A DNA stretch of 63,623 bases, counting the filler, from Chiloscyllium plagiosum (Eukaryota), in assembly GCF_004010195.1 (NCBI RefSeq). It is 3 parts of one record of this genome, joined end to end, with 100 filler letters (N's around TTAATTAATTAA, not from the genome) between each part and the next. Parts side by side here need not be neighbours in the genome. Positions count along the whole stretch, not along the records: positions 1 to 27,817 come from NC_057711.1; positions 27,918 to 59,803 come from NC_057711.1; 1 more part is not named here. One strand, given 5' to 3'. Positions 23,327 to 36,149 of this stretch are shown piece after piece; positions within the stretch are counted from its first letter, which is position 1; each line of letters begins with the position of its first letter. The notes beneath the pieces were generated by a model. It had not been told where the DNA came from, made no database searches, and saw nothing but the letters and a program-made list of their open reading frames with translations. A program made the position numbers and the translations under genes.

Positions 23327-23686
23327 AGGCACAGTGGCTCAGTGGTTACCACTGCTGCCTCACAGTGCCAGAGACCCAGATTTGATTCAAGCCTCGGGCG
23401 ATTGTCTGTGTGGTGTTTGCGCATTCTCCCTGTGTCTGCATGGGTTTCCTCTGGGTGCTCTGATTTCCTCCCACAGTCCAAAGATGTGCAGATTAGGTGA
23501 ATTGGCCACGCTAAATTGCCCATAGTGTTCAGAGATGTGCAGGCTAGGTGCATTAGTCAGTGGGAAATATGGAGTAATAGGGTAAGGAAATGGGCCTGGG
23601 TGGGTTACTCTTCGTATGGGATAGGTGTGGACTTGTTGGGCCAAAGGGCCAGTTTCGATTCTATAGAGATTCTAATTCTAATTCTA
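23327..23686 (+). mobile_element. HE1-type SINE
   Basis: GGCACAGTGGCTCAGTGGTTACCACTGCTGCCTCACAG head, V domain, (TTCTAA)n tail. Confidence 0.9.
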
Positions 23687-23712
23687 AAAGCTGAACATTT
23701 TGGAGTGTTTTC

Positions 23713-24105
23713 ATGGTAATGTCACTGGACAAATATTCCACAGACCAAACTAATGATCTGGGAATATGGGTTCCAATACCATTGTGGCAACAGGTAGAAT
23801 TTAAATTCAAGTCACAAAACTGAAATTAAAACTTGGCCTCAGTAAGGGTGACTATGAAACCATTAAAAAACTCATATGGTTCTATAATTTTAAAGTTATG
23901 GGGAAAAGACAGAAAAACAGAGTAGAGGATTATCAGATCAATCTTGGAGCAGACTTATTGGGCTTAATGGCATATTTTTCCTCCAGTGTCTTAAGTTCTT
24001 ATGGTTGACTTTTAAAATGTCTCGTGAATCTCTAGTTAGACAGTCAAATGAACTACAAATAATGGCCTTATTGGTGCCACACATTTGATGAAAGAATAAA
24101 TAAAA
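23713..24105 (+). mobile_element. second-family tRNA-headed SINE interrupted by a CR1 tail fragment (~23893-24003)
   Basis: TGGTAATGTCACTGGAC..TCCACAGAC..GGGTTCCAATACC head; A-rich end near 24100. Confidence 0.6.
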
Positions 24106-24600
24106 TATTCCTCAATATATCTTTGGAAATGAAGGTGGGCTTTTTAAAATACTGCCAGCCAAAACTGTTGGGTCAAACGCAGGATTGCGAAATCAGAAAA
24201 AAATTCAATTTACAATTTCCCATTTTACAGGATAAATCTGAGGCCATTGAATTTCAGGGCCAATTAACTTAAATTTTCAAATGACCTTCAATGATATTAT
24301 GTCCATCAACATTTTTTATACCGTTATGGCTAAAATAAAAGGATTTGTGGTTGGTATTGATTTGAGTGTAAAGGATACTGTCAAAGTCTTTTTGAGCCTC
24401 TCTTTCACTTAAGAGAGCAGGTGATGATGTAGTAATGTTACTAATACTGAAATACTGTGGATGACTTCTTTCAACCATCTGAGTTTATGTTTGTCTCCTG
24501 ATTTCAGAATTATAGAAAGTAAGAGTGGGGGTAGATCATTCAGCCCATTGTTATGATATAATTTTATTAATGCTTTATGTCATGTACACTACAAATTAAG

Positions 24601-24791
24601 TTAAAAATCACACAACACCAGGTTATAATCCAACAGGTTTAATTGGAAGCACACTAGCTTTCGGAGCGACGCTCCTTCACGTTGCTCCGAAAGCTAGTGT
24701 GCTTCCAATTAAACCTGTTGGACTATAACCTGGTGTTGTGTGATTTTTAACTTTGTACACCCCAGTCCAACACCGGCATCTCCAAATCATG
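24601..24791. mobile_element. miniature hairpin PLE derivative (second family) with perfect 13-bp TSD
   Basis: TSD ACTACAAATTAAG at 24588-24600 and 24792-24804. ~68-bp arms with 1 mismatch, joined within hammerhead stem II (CUGA core absent); ~40-nt tail. Confidence 0.88.
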
Positions 24792-27313
24792 ACTACAAAT
24801 TAAGAAATGTTAAGTGGTTTTGTGAATTCCATAGTTACTTACTATCTCCAATTGTTGGAATTTTTTGTCTTGTGTGGTATTAAAAATCACTGAATTTCAA
24901 TGGAGAATCATTAGTGTAAAATGGGCAACATGTGTGAAGTCAACGGAAGGGAAAATCAGATGGGTATATAACAAGTGGTCAATTAGATACCATTATTGGC
25001 CAAAATTCAAACTAACTCTCTATGTGTCTGACATTTCAGTGTAGATGACAAGGATGCACTTTGGGGTTTGGTGCTTTATGGAAAATAAATAGTGAGAATT
25101 TACTGAGTCACTTCATTTTATTTTCAAATATTGGAAATTCACTATAGAAAAAGTGAAAAAATAACTTGAATGCAGTGACTGTCACTGGAAAAGCATGTGC
25201 AGGTAGGAACTGGACATAGTCAACTGTGAGATACAATATGATTGGGTAATTTCCTGAAACCGAAACCCTGGCATTTACTCAAGCTCTGGAAGAGAGCATG
25301 AGGGAGGCAAATATGAGTTCTCTTGGATATCTTGCCAAAATCAGCATCTTTAAATTTTCTCCATTGAATGCCAAGAAGTCTGAACTTAGAATTTTCTGCT
25401 AACGTCAAAAATCACAACAAATTCAGATGCCTTCTGAAGCTTGTGGAGGCTACATATACCAGTTCTTGTAAATTGTTCCCAATCAATGCTTCAATACTAA
25501 ATGTGCAGATTTAATGGCATCAAATAGATGTACACAACACCAATTAGGCCCAAAATCATTTAAACCAATTTTTTAAACATGCATGTTTAAGTAGCAGAAC
25601 ATCCACCTAGTTTTTTTTCATACATTTCACCAATATAATTCCCTAAGAATCAACGGTCTTGAATTCAAATAAATCAAACAATGCATTTATAAAATTTCAC
25701 TATAATTATTTATCTTCTGTTTTTGCCTTGAGACTTTTCAACAATTTAATTGTAATTCCTAGTTTGGGATTTAGATCCTATGAATGTCAGGCTTCAAAAC
25801 GTTGAAGCATGTTAATTGTAATTCAAAATTTTAGAAGATGGAAAAACACAGACCTACAAATTGGACACATACCTGAATCCCAAGTATCTTCCTGCCAAAG
25901 GAAACTGCAGGAACACTGAGAACGTTTGTGCTTTATTAGAGTGTTGTGTACAGTGCAAGTAGATTACAGTCTGTTCAATTTTCTTTCCACCAGGCAATGT
26001 CTATTGATCCTGTTTGACGTAACACATGGCTGTAGCATCTGCAAACAGGAAGATTAAAGATTACACTGTATTTATAGCATCTGTTCAATTATGTTTTTGA
26101 ACACAAACAGAATGGACTGGCTTAATGCAAATGTTGTTTTAATACTTTCTTCTGCTCCACAGTTGTCAGCAGACCTAAGATTTGTTGACACCTTTTCAGG
26201 TCATTCTTAAAATAGTGTGATTTGAGCAGGCATAAGTAAAACCTGTTTTTTTTTTGTAGCAGTTCCACAATTAAGTGGGGTACATTTTCTTTCTTATCTT
26301 GATAAAATTGCTAACAGCCCAGATTTTCCTTCACATACATCAAATGTCTTATTCATCCTTAAATAAGTGAAGATTAATGGACATGGGTGTCTCAACATTA
26401 GGATGTTTTAAAAAAATGTTAAAATCAAAAATGGTAAACTAAAGGTGTAGAAATGATAGTAAAAGTGAGCTTCGGTCAGTTGGAGTATCTGAGCCTTGTG
26501 ATAAACCCGAGCAAGTATTAAAGCATATTTGGTAATTCCAAACCCCAATGACTCAATAGATTACAGAACTGTATATCGCCTTACCTTGGATGGAGGGAGT
26601 GCAGTCAATTATTCAACCTGTGCTTGTCTAAGAACGAATGTTCTTAGAAGCTGAAGTTTTTTTTGGCTTCTAGTTACAATGCTATAATTCCTGTTGGCAC
26701 TAATTCTAAGTGGTCTCCAGACCTGTCTTCATGGGATATCCTGAAACTTAAAAAGCACACATTGTTCTATTGCAACCAAACAAAAGGTTCCAGATTCATG
26801 GACTATGGTGAATTAGCTGACCAGACATGATAGCAATCAGAGTGTTGTCATTGGTGCCAGTGGCTCAAGAGACCTGAAAGAAAAAGCAGCCAGGTTTTGT
26901 TCATCATACATGGTGATATTCCATCCCCACCCAAAAACAATGCTTGTACCTTTGTAATAAATGAGATTAGGATCAGGTTTCGTGATACTTCTTTCATGAT
27001 TAACTAGCATGGTCAAATCACTATCTTGGCTCATAAATGAAGAATGGGCATGTGAGGGGGTTACAAGTAATACTGTTTGTATCTGTGCACTATAACCCAA
27101 CACAGCTCACTAACTTCAGGACATTACTGGAGAAATTGGAAGAGAATCAGAATAGCAGCATGCTTGCCATCCACAGAACACAAACCCTCTCACATATTTG
27201 TTCTTCTAAACACAATGGTTACCTTCTTCTTTATATCTGTAAAATGAATATTGCCACCCATCACAAAGTGTCTGAAAATGGTTTTGTGTAAGGAATTCCT
27301 GCTGTTCATTCGT

Positions 27314-27568
27314 CCTGAAGGAGAAACAACAAAAATGGAACCATGTACTTGCAAGAAAAACATTTTAAGAGAATTACTTTTAAATTCTTTGTAGTGGTTG
27401 TCTTAATAGAACATAGAACATAGAACATAGAACATAGAACCCCTGAAGGAGAAACAACAAAAATGGAACCATGTACTTGCAAGAAAAACATTTTAAGAGA
27501 ATTACTTTTAAATTCTTTGTAGTGGTTGTCTTAATAGAACATAGAACATAGAACATAGAACATAGAAC
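27314..27568 (+). repeat. perfect tandem duplication, period 128 bp, ending in (AGAACAT)n
   Basis: CCTGAAGGAGAAACAAC...GTCTTAATAGAACAT starts at 27314 and again at 27442. Confidence 0.9.
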
Positions 27569-28142
27569 ATAGAACATAGAACAATACAGCACAGAACAGG
27601 CCCTTCGGCCCACGATGTTGTGCCGAACTTCTAACCTAGATTAAGTACCCATCCATGTACCTATCCAAATGCCGCTTAAAGGTCGCCAATGATTCCGACT
27701 CTACCACTCCCACGGGCAGCGCATTCCAAACATTAACCACCCTCTGTGTGAAAACGTTGCCCCTTAGATCTTTTTTATATCTTTCCCCTCTCACCCTAAA
27801 CCTATGCTCTCTAGTTCNNNNNNNNNNNNNNNNNNNNNNNNNNNNNNNNNNNNNNNNNNNNTTAATTAATTAANNNNNNNNNNNNNNNNNNNNNNNNNNN
27901 NNNNNNNNNNNNNNNNNCCCGAAGAGTGCTAGCAAACCTACCCTCCAGGATATTGGTGCCCTTCTGGTTCAGGTGCAACCCGTCCTGTTTGTACAGGTCC
28001 CACCTTCCCCAGAATGCAGTCCAATTGTCCAAATATCTGAAGCCCTCCCTCCTACACCAGCCTTGCAGCCACGTGTTCAACTGCACTCTCTCCCTATTCT
28101 TTGCCTCACTGTCACGTGGCACCGGCAACAACCCAGAGACAA
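27535..28142 (-). mobile_element. CR1 LINE pieces: 3' tail left of the gap, ORF1 esterase piece right of it
   Basis: (ATGTTCT)n tail; ORF 27862-28206 with NTWLQGWCRREGFRYLDNW...DGLHLN. Confidence 0.85.
27818..27917. other. artificial 100-bp scaffold spacer N44-TTAATTAATTAA-N44
   Basis: Identical construct at 59804-59903; the 12-mer gives stop codons in all six frames. Confidence 0.95.
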
Positions 28143-28254
28143 CATCTGTGATAAGGATGCTGCCTGACCCGCTGTGCTTTTCCAGCAGCACACTCATGAC
28201 AAACATCTATAATCAGGCAAGTATGTCACTTTAATACAACTAAGTGACGATACC

Positions 28255-28743
28255 CAGAGGCTGTGGGCCCGGAGCAGTGCCAGCTGGAAGTCCAGTGTGT
28301 GGAAGCGGCTGTGGGCTTGAGGCCAATTTGGCTAGAGCCAGCCTGAATTGTCAGTGAGGAAGATCTCCCCTGCATCTACGGGTCGACAGCAGGAAGCCTG
28401 AGGTTTCCCAGACAGCGAACGAAAGAGAAGGAGACCGAGCCCTTGCAGGGAATACACTTAAGAAAGACTGTTGAACATCTTACTCTTATTCCTTTACTTT
28501 TCAACTTATACTAGGAAGGACTGTAATGTTAATTTTTATGTGTATTTTGTTATTTTTCCATTTATGCCAAGAACAGTGATAATGCTTTACTTTTAACTTT
28601 GCTTCTCCATGTGACGACTTGTACCGAAGTTTTGTACCAAGGTACCTTCTTGCATAAGATGGTGCCATATGTGGCGACATTATACACGTTTCACTTTACT
28701 CCTGTACTTGAGTACACATAATAACAAAGCTTAAATCAAATCA
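28255..28743 (+). mobile_element. non-coding retroposon with Rex/Babar-like 3' tail
   Basis: GC-rich 5' part, then sequence similar to 15955-16170; ends TTCACTTTACTCCTGTACTTGAGTACACAT...AAATCAAATCA. Confidence 0.5.
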
Positions 28744-29379
28744 TGTGAGATCATGAAATGTGATATTCTTATCTAGAAGTACCAGCTCCCCATTGAATAA
28801 CTGTTGTTGGAATCCATCAGGGTAGTCAGTCAATCAGATTAGACCACATCAACACCTGCTTTGGAATTATCAGACTTCTCACACAGCCAGAACCAAAAAC
28901 GATGTTGCTATCCCCAAGAACTTTGACATGTCAATAGAATTTTTTTCAACATACCTATTTAACTCACACTACATTGAATGGATTTAACAACATCTTTATA
29001 ATGTGTACATGTTGAACACTTTGTGATGTTCCTGCCACTCCTCTATCTTCTTTGAGAAATCCTATATGATTCTCCCCTGTGACCGGAGTACATGAGGAGA
29101 CACACTGCCTGATACAGTGTCTCATTGGCTGAGATGCTCAAGGTGTCATTTTGTGACGTTGCTCTACATTGTGCACTATGATATTTCTTGTCAGCTGCAG
29201 TTGTGCAATGTCAGACTCGTAACAATGGCGTGAATCTTACCATACATCTCAAACAAAGAGATGAAATCTCTTCAGAAGATAGGGTCCTTTGGGCACATGC
29301 ACCATTTACATCTGCACTTCCAGGTTCATGAGAACAGCTGTTTGGATGTTAACACATCTATACACCATCACTCCAATTT

Positions 29380-32190
29380 TGACTTTATTTTATTTTATTG
29401 TTGTCACATATACCATGATACAGTGGAAAGTGTTGTTTTGCATACTATCCAGGCAAATCATATCATACCTAAGTACATCAGAAAAGAATGCAGAATACTG
29501 TACAATGTTACAGCTACAGAGAAGGTGCAGAGAAAGATCAACTTTAATATATGAGAGGATCGCAAGGAAGAAGCTGTTCTTGAATCTGTTGAATCTGTTG
29601 ATATGTATTTTCAAAATTATGTATCTTCTATTAGACTGAAGAGGATGGAAAAGAGTATAACCAGGGTAGGAGGGTCTTCAATTATGTTGTCTGATTTCCT
29701 AAGGTGGTAGGAAGTATAAACAGAGTCAATGGATGAAAGACTGGTTTGCATTCGCAACTCTGTAACTTCTGGCAGTTTTGAGCAGAGCAGTTGCCATACC
29801 AAGCTTTCACGCATCCTATGAAGTTTGGATAAAAACTGGTAAGAGTCGTTGTGGACATGCTGAATTTCGTTAGGCTTCTGAGGAAGTAGAAGCATTGGTG
29901 TGCTTTCTTAACTTTAGCATCAACCTGGACAGATTATTGGTTATCTTTACTCCAGGAATTAAAGGACTCCACCATCTGCACATCAGCACCATTGATACAG
30001 ATAGGGGCATATCTACTTCCTGAAGTCAATGACCAGCTCTTTTATTTTGCTGACATTGAGAAAGAGATGGTTGTTTATATACCATGCCACTAATCTCTCT
30101 ATCTCTTTCCTGTGTTTTGTTATGTCATTGTTTAAGATCTGACCCACTACAATGGTGTAATCAGCAAAACCTGCAGATGGAGTTAGAGCAGAATTTGGCA
30201 ACACACCCATGAGTGTATAAGGAATATAGTAAGGGGCTGAGTATGCAGCATTTCAGGGTGCCAGTTTTCAAGATTATTACGGAGGAGTTGGAGTCATCTA
30301 TCCTCACTGCAGTCTGCCAGCTCAGAAAGTTGAGAATCCAGTTACGAAGAGGGAAACAGAGTCTTAGGTCTCGGAGTTTGAAGATGTGTTTGGTTGGAAT
30401 TATGATGTTGAAGGCAGAGCTAAAGTTAACAAATAGGAGCCTGATGTGGGTGTCCTTGTTATCCAGATGCTCCAGGAAAGAGTGTAGGGATAAGAAGATG
30501 GCATTGGACATGGACCTATTGTAACAATTGGCAAATTGTAGTGGATCAAGGCAATCTGGGAGGCTGGAATTGATGTATGCCATTACCAACCTCTCAAAGC
30601 ACTTCATAATGATGGATATCAGAGCCATCGGGCAGTAGTCATTAAGGCACACTGTCTGATTTTTCTTTGGCACTGAGATGCTGGTGATCTTCTTGAAGTG
30701 GATGGGAACTTCAGATTGGAGTGAGGAGAGGTGAAAGATGTCTGGAAATGCTCCCACCAGCTGTTCCATGGAGGATCTGAGTGCATGACCAAGGACTCCA
30801 TCTGGACAAGTCGCTTCACGTAGGTTCATTCTCAAGATGAGATCTGCACTGAAGCCAATGCATACAGGTGCACCTGATGCTGTTGGGGCAGGTTTCTGTT
30901 CACTGACCTTCTGTTCAAAACAAGCATAGATACATTGAGATCATTGGAGAGGGATGCATTATTGTCAAGGTTTCTACTTGACTTTGCTTTATAGCTTGTT
31001 ATATTGTGTAAGCCTTGCCACAGTCGACTTGTGTTCATGTGGTTAGTCTGGGACTATAGTTTAGTCTGATTTTGTCTCTTGGCGTCCCTGATGGCTCTGC
31101 AAAGGTCCTACCTAGATTTGCTGTGTAGGTCAGGGTGACCTGACTTGAAGGTCTCAGACCTGGAATTCAGTAAGGAATAGATTGTCTGGTTCATCCATGG
31201 TTTCTGGTTAGGAAACATGCAGATTGACTTCTTTAGCACACAATCCTCCAGACACCTACTGATAAAATATGCGACGGTAGTGGCATATTGATTTAGGTTG
31301 TCTGTTGAGTTCTTCAATATGAACCAGTCCACTAACTTCAAGCAGTCACATAGGGGCTCATCCATTACCTCAGACCAGGACTGTATGACTCCTGAAGCTC
31401 CAGTTTCTACTTGTAAGCTGGGAGAAGGACGTTTGATTTTATTTACCAAAATGCAGGTGGGAATGGAGTGATAGATGCCTTTGATAGTTGTGTAGCAATG
31501 GTCAGCTGTTTTTGAGCCTCTGGTGGGGCAGGAGACGTGTTGATGGTATCTTGGTAGCACAATCTTGAGGTTCATTAGTAAAAGCTTACGAAGAATAAGG
31601 CCTCAGGGTATTCTGTCTCAAGGCTATTTGTACTGGTGTATATTTCATTAAGCGCACTCTCCTCTTCTGCATAGGGTTGGATGTAAACTGCTGTCAGGAC
31701 AGCAAAGTGAACTCCCAAGGTAGGTAGTAGAGACACCACTTCACTGTTAGATAAATAAGTCTGGAAAGCAGTAACTCACGAGGGTCGGTCATGTTTGAGC
31801 ACCAAGAGATTTTGATTAGAAGGCAGAGCCATCTGTCCTTTGTCTTGCCCAATGATGCCATACGATCCATCTAGTGGATTGACAAACCCTCAGTTTGTAA
31901 GACATAGTCAGGTGAAGCAGGAATGAGCCATGTCTCTGTAAAACAGAACTCACCACAATATCTCAATTCCCTTTGCTAGCTGAGTTGAGCTTTAAGTTCA
32001 TGCAGCTTGTTTTTAATAGCTTGTATATTTTCCACAAGTACACTGGGGATGGGAAGCTTGAAAATGCATTGTTTCCATTTCACCTGCAGGCACTTCTCCC
32101 ACATTTCCTGGGAAAGTAGCTGCTTGTGGTTGGGTCCAGGAATTGGTGTGGGTAGTCTGCCATTCCACAAGGTCTGGTCTGGCATCATCC
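29380..32190 (-). mobile_element. Rex1/Babar-clade LINE, near full length, decayed
   Basis: ORFs 31976-32188 (PSVLVENIQAIKNKLHEL, APE start), 31108-31575 (QHVSCPTRG..DHCYT), 30161-30835 (CLNDYCPMAL..MKCFERLV, LDPLQFA, LFVNFSSAFN), 30013-30210 (FADYT, KELVIDFRK); (AATAA)n tail near 29390. Confidence 0.88.
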
Positions 32191-32239
32191 AAACTTTATA
32201 TGTCCATCCAAAGCTGCTGTGTCTATTTGCTAGATTATT

Positions 32240-33208
32240 GCATATGCGATCTCACAGCTAATGAATCAGATCTAAACTCTGCAGTCTGCCACATCCAGTT
32301 GCGAATGATAGTGGACAAATAAACAACTCACTGGAGGAGGAGGCTTCACAACTATCCCCATCTTCAATAATGTAAGAGCCTAACATATCAGTGTAAAATA
32401 TAAGGCTGAAGCATTCGCAGAAATCTTCAGCCAGAAGTGCTGAGTGGATGATTCATTTTGGCTGCCTTCAGTGGTCCCCAGAATCTCAGATACCAGTCTT
32501 CAGCCAATTTGATTTACTCCACATGATACTAAGAAACAGTGGAGATACAGGAATGTCATGGTGGCTCAGTGGTTAACATTGCTGCCTCATAGCGCCAAGG
32601 ACATAGTTTTGACTCAACTCTTGGGCAACTTTCTGTGTGAAGTTTGCACAATCCCCCTGCATCTGCATGGATTTTCTCAAGGTGCTCTGGTTTCCTCCCA
32701 CATTAGATGGATTGGTCATGCTAAATTACCATGTAATGTCCAGGAATATGTAGGCTGGATGGATTAGCCATGGGAAATGCAGGGTTACAGGGATAGAATG
32801 GGGGAAATGGATCTGGGTGAGCTGCTGAACAGAGGGTCAGTGTGGACTTGATGTGTTGAATAGCCTGCTTCCATACTGTGGGGATACTGGATACTGCAGA
32901 GTTATGAGCCCTGACAATATTCCAGTGATAGTGTTGAAGAATTGTACTCCAGAACTTGTTGTTCCTCTAGCCAAGCTCTTCCAAACAGTTACATCTACCC
33001 AACAATGTGGAAAATTGCCCAAGTACACACAAAATAGGACAAATTCAACTCAGCCAATTACTGCCCCATCAGTCTACTTTTGATTATCAGTAAAGAAATG
33101 GAAGGTGACATTAACAATGCTACCAAGCAGTAACTGGTTAGCAATAACCTGCTCAATGATGCCCAGTTTGGGTTCCGTCATGGCCACTCAGCTCCTGACC
33201 TCATTACA
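32240..33208 (+). mobile_element. CR1/L2-group LINE RT fragment (different family) split by an HE1-type SINE (32557-32885)
   Basis: PDNIPVIVLKNCTPELVVPLAKLFQ, ANYCPISLL and QFGFRHGHS motifs. Confidence 0.8.
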
Positions 33209-33404
33209 TTATGGACTTTAATTTTACTGAAAAGCCTGTTATGCGAAACTTTATTTAATGTGGAATATCATGTACAGCATATTAACTGTATTATCCTAAT
33301 CAATTCTTGTTTTCACGTCAACATACTCAATCTAGTTACTTAAATACAGTTTGTCTTCACCAATCCTTATCGGCTTTTCTCAATTAATCCATATTTAGAC
33401 ATTA

Positions 33405-33660
33405 TGACAATAGACAATAGACAATAGACAATAGGTGCAGGAGTAGGCCATTCAGCCCTTCAAGCCTGAACCGCCATTCAATATAATCATGGCTGATCAT
33501 TCCTAATCAGTATCCTGTTCTGCCTTATCTCCATAACCCTTGATTCCACTATCTTTGAGAGCTCTGTCCAACTCCTTCTTAAATGAATCCAGAGAGTGGG
33601 CCTCTACTGCCCTCTGGGGCAGAGAATTCCACACATTCAGTCTTTCAGTGTAAGGTAATC
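33405..33660 (-). mobile_element. CR1 3' end, (CTATTGT)n subfamily
   Basis: (GACAATA)x4 followed by sequence nearly matching 17520-17690. Confidence 0.88.
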
Positions 33661-33696
33661 CTGACTTACCTTTCAGTGTAAGGTAATTTGTCCTAA

Positions 33697-33911
33697 TTGA
33701 AATAAATCCACAGAAGCCGGTATCTCGTTACCCTTTATTTACGAGTGGAGAGTCCTTGACACTGATCCTCTGTGTCTCAGAGGAACAGGATGTCTGACAC
33801 TCTCGTTTTTATCTGTCTGCCAGGCCTCCTGATTGGACCAGGTTTACAACCCCAATCAGAGAACTCATATTCTATGAGATCTACCTGGCTGATCTCATTA
33901 CAATATACTAA
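33697..33911 (-). mobile_element. solo LTR of the Gypsy family at 37950-42968
   Basis: Collinear with both LTRs (GTTACCCTTTATTTAC, TATCTGTC.GCCAGG, CCCCAATCAG.GAA..CATATTCTATGA). Confidence 0.8.
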
Positions 33912-34614
33912 AGATTATTATTTTTATTCCATAAGACTGTTTCTAAAATATTTTCCACCACTGAACTTAAACTTTTTAACATGTCATTGCTAGATTGCCA
34001 ATTTTCTTGAAAAAGGAGACATTCACCTTGGTTATTCTCCTATTTCCATACACACAAATGTATGACAACAGACATAGTCTAAAAATTATTACCGCAGAGA
34101 TCTCACTTGCTAATTTACTTGCCTGCAGAATCTCATCTCACATCTACCTATATTGAAGGCATTAATATGGACATTAGCCTCTGACAGTTCACCCTTTTTA
34201 CCTGAGTACGTGGCTACTTAATGGCATCCTTGACACTGGCACCTCAGAGGTAACATTTCACTCTGGAATCAAATCTGCAGCCACGGAAATCTGTGCACAT
34301 TCCCAACACTATTGAATCCTCCATCTCTTGTTTTCCATTTTTTTAATCCGGTGCTCCCTGACACCTCAGCAGTGCTACCGTCTCCAACTCTGTTCCTCCC
34401 CATCCCCATACAACTCAGCCAACTGTAGTACAATGTATCTGGTTCCTATTGCACCCCACAGAGGAATGATCACTATCACTTATATTCAGTACTGGTAAGA
34501 GAACAAGAGGCTCTCTGGAAACTTCTGAAATACATCCTCAGGCTTCCCTTACAGCATTCCTTTTCCTCTCTGCTTGCATCTAATAGCTGTAGGCTGTTCT
34601 CATGCATAAAAAAT

Positions 34615-34925
34615 GCTATCTCCAGGACAAAGCAGCCCATTTGATTGGCATCTCATCTACAGCTTAAATATTTACTTGCCCCACCACTCATGCACTCGGA
34701 CTGTAACGTGTGACATCTAGAAGATAAATTTACCAACTTACCAAAGTTCTTCAACAGTCCATTCCATGAGATACCACCTAGAGATACAACAGTAGAAGAT
34801 GCACAGGAGCACCACATTGTGCAAGTCCTCTAGCAAGCCACTTTCCATCCAAACTTGGAAATATATCACTAAACAGCAGAAAATATTGCCAGTGATGCCT
34901 TCAATCCATGAACAATTAAGTAAAA
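34615..34925 (+). mobile_element. 3' end of a CR1/L2-group LINE
   Basis: CCAGGACAAAGCAGCCCATTTGATTGGCA...GCAAGTCCTCTAGCAAGCCAC...ACTTGGAAATATATC. Confidence 0.6.
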
Positions 34926-36149
34926 TCATCATTTTTATTTCAATGATATATGCAATTTTTGTGATGAGAAGCTTCTCCTCAAAATTAGGATAAAATCAGT
35001 GGAATGGACAAACAACTGGCATGAGGCCTCTGCCAAGATATTGTGATGCTCAAATTCTCAGTGAGCTTTGATCCATTTATTTCTCCATTAAAATCAGTAT
35101 CTCCACGTCATATATATACTTACTAATATGCAATAAACAAAATCTCGCTAACTACAGTAGACTGTATCACATTAGACCAAGCAAGTGTGTAGTTACCCAC
35201 AGTTGAAGAAGGTGGTGGTAGCAACCTTTATCATGAGTGAGTAACTCATAGTATAGAGAACTAGCATGCATTAGAGATATCAAATGAGGCCAAGATTATT
35301 ATTTTAATGCTTTTTTTGTGAATTCCTTTTGGATGCTTCAAATTTTGATTTGCTTCTCCCTTCCGCCATTGATAATCATTGTGTTAGTGAACACTCACTT
35401 ATGTTCTCAGTGGTATTAGCCTCACAGCTAATTTTCTATCCTTATTGATCCCCTGCTGTGATGGCATTCCTACAAGAGAGGGTGCAGACGTAAAAACGGC
35501 CTGAACTTCACAATCAACATCCTGTGGGGACACCCAACTTCTTAGAACCATGCCAATTCTGAACAGTTATAGGTCATTTTTTTTGTACTGGAATGAAAGA
35601 AATAATGGGAGGTATGCTTGAACATGCCGATAAATAAATTCAATTGAGTAAACAACATACCCTTACTTATGCAGAGTGCATCGTTCCAAATGAATGATTT
35701 GGTAAAGAAATTTGTGTTCCAATAAGCATGTGTGATTAAGCACTATGTCATTATTTGAATTGCATTGTAATCTCGAATGGGAAGACAATGAAAACTGATG
35801 TATTGAGATATATTTAATAAGACATTAAAAAGAATAAAGAGAAAGATAATCATTTCTATGGGTGTGGCTGAAGTCTTGCTGACATTTGCAACCACATACA
35901 GTGACAGGTTCTCTCAGATCTCCAACCAGTTTTAAGTTGTGAAAGTATAGAGATTTCACAAAGAAAATCTATAATAATTATTTTAGTAGCACATTTCATA
36001 CCATTCCCTAATCTTGAGTACGCCACCAAAGATGTGCAAAAAGCAGTTTCATTAAGTGAAACAGAAAAGTTGCACAAAAAAAAAGAGAAGTGTTTTCTCT
36101 GATGGTGATTAATGTGTTGGTCGAGTATTTTTATGACTAACCTTTCTTC

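Noticed and set aside
6476..24791. Hairpin elements as DNA-transposon MITEs or pre-miRNAs
   Set aside because: TSDs are long and variable (11-15 bp), the repeats are not terminal on both sides, and the same sequence occurs as single arms downstream of PLE ORF ends.
33641..33688. Duplicated CTTTCAGTGTAAGGTAAT with splice-like motifs
   Set aside because: It lies at the 5' truncation junction of a CR1 copy; ordinary junction microduplication.
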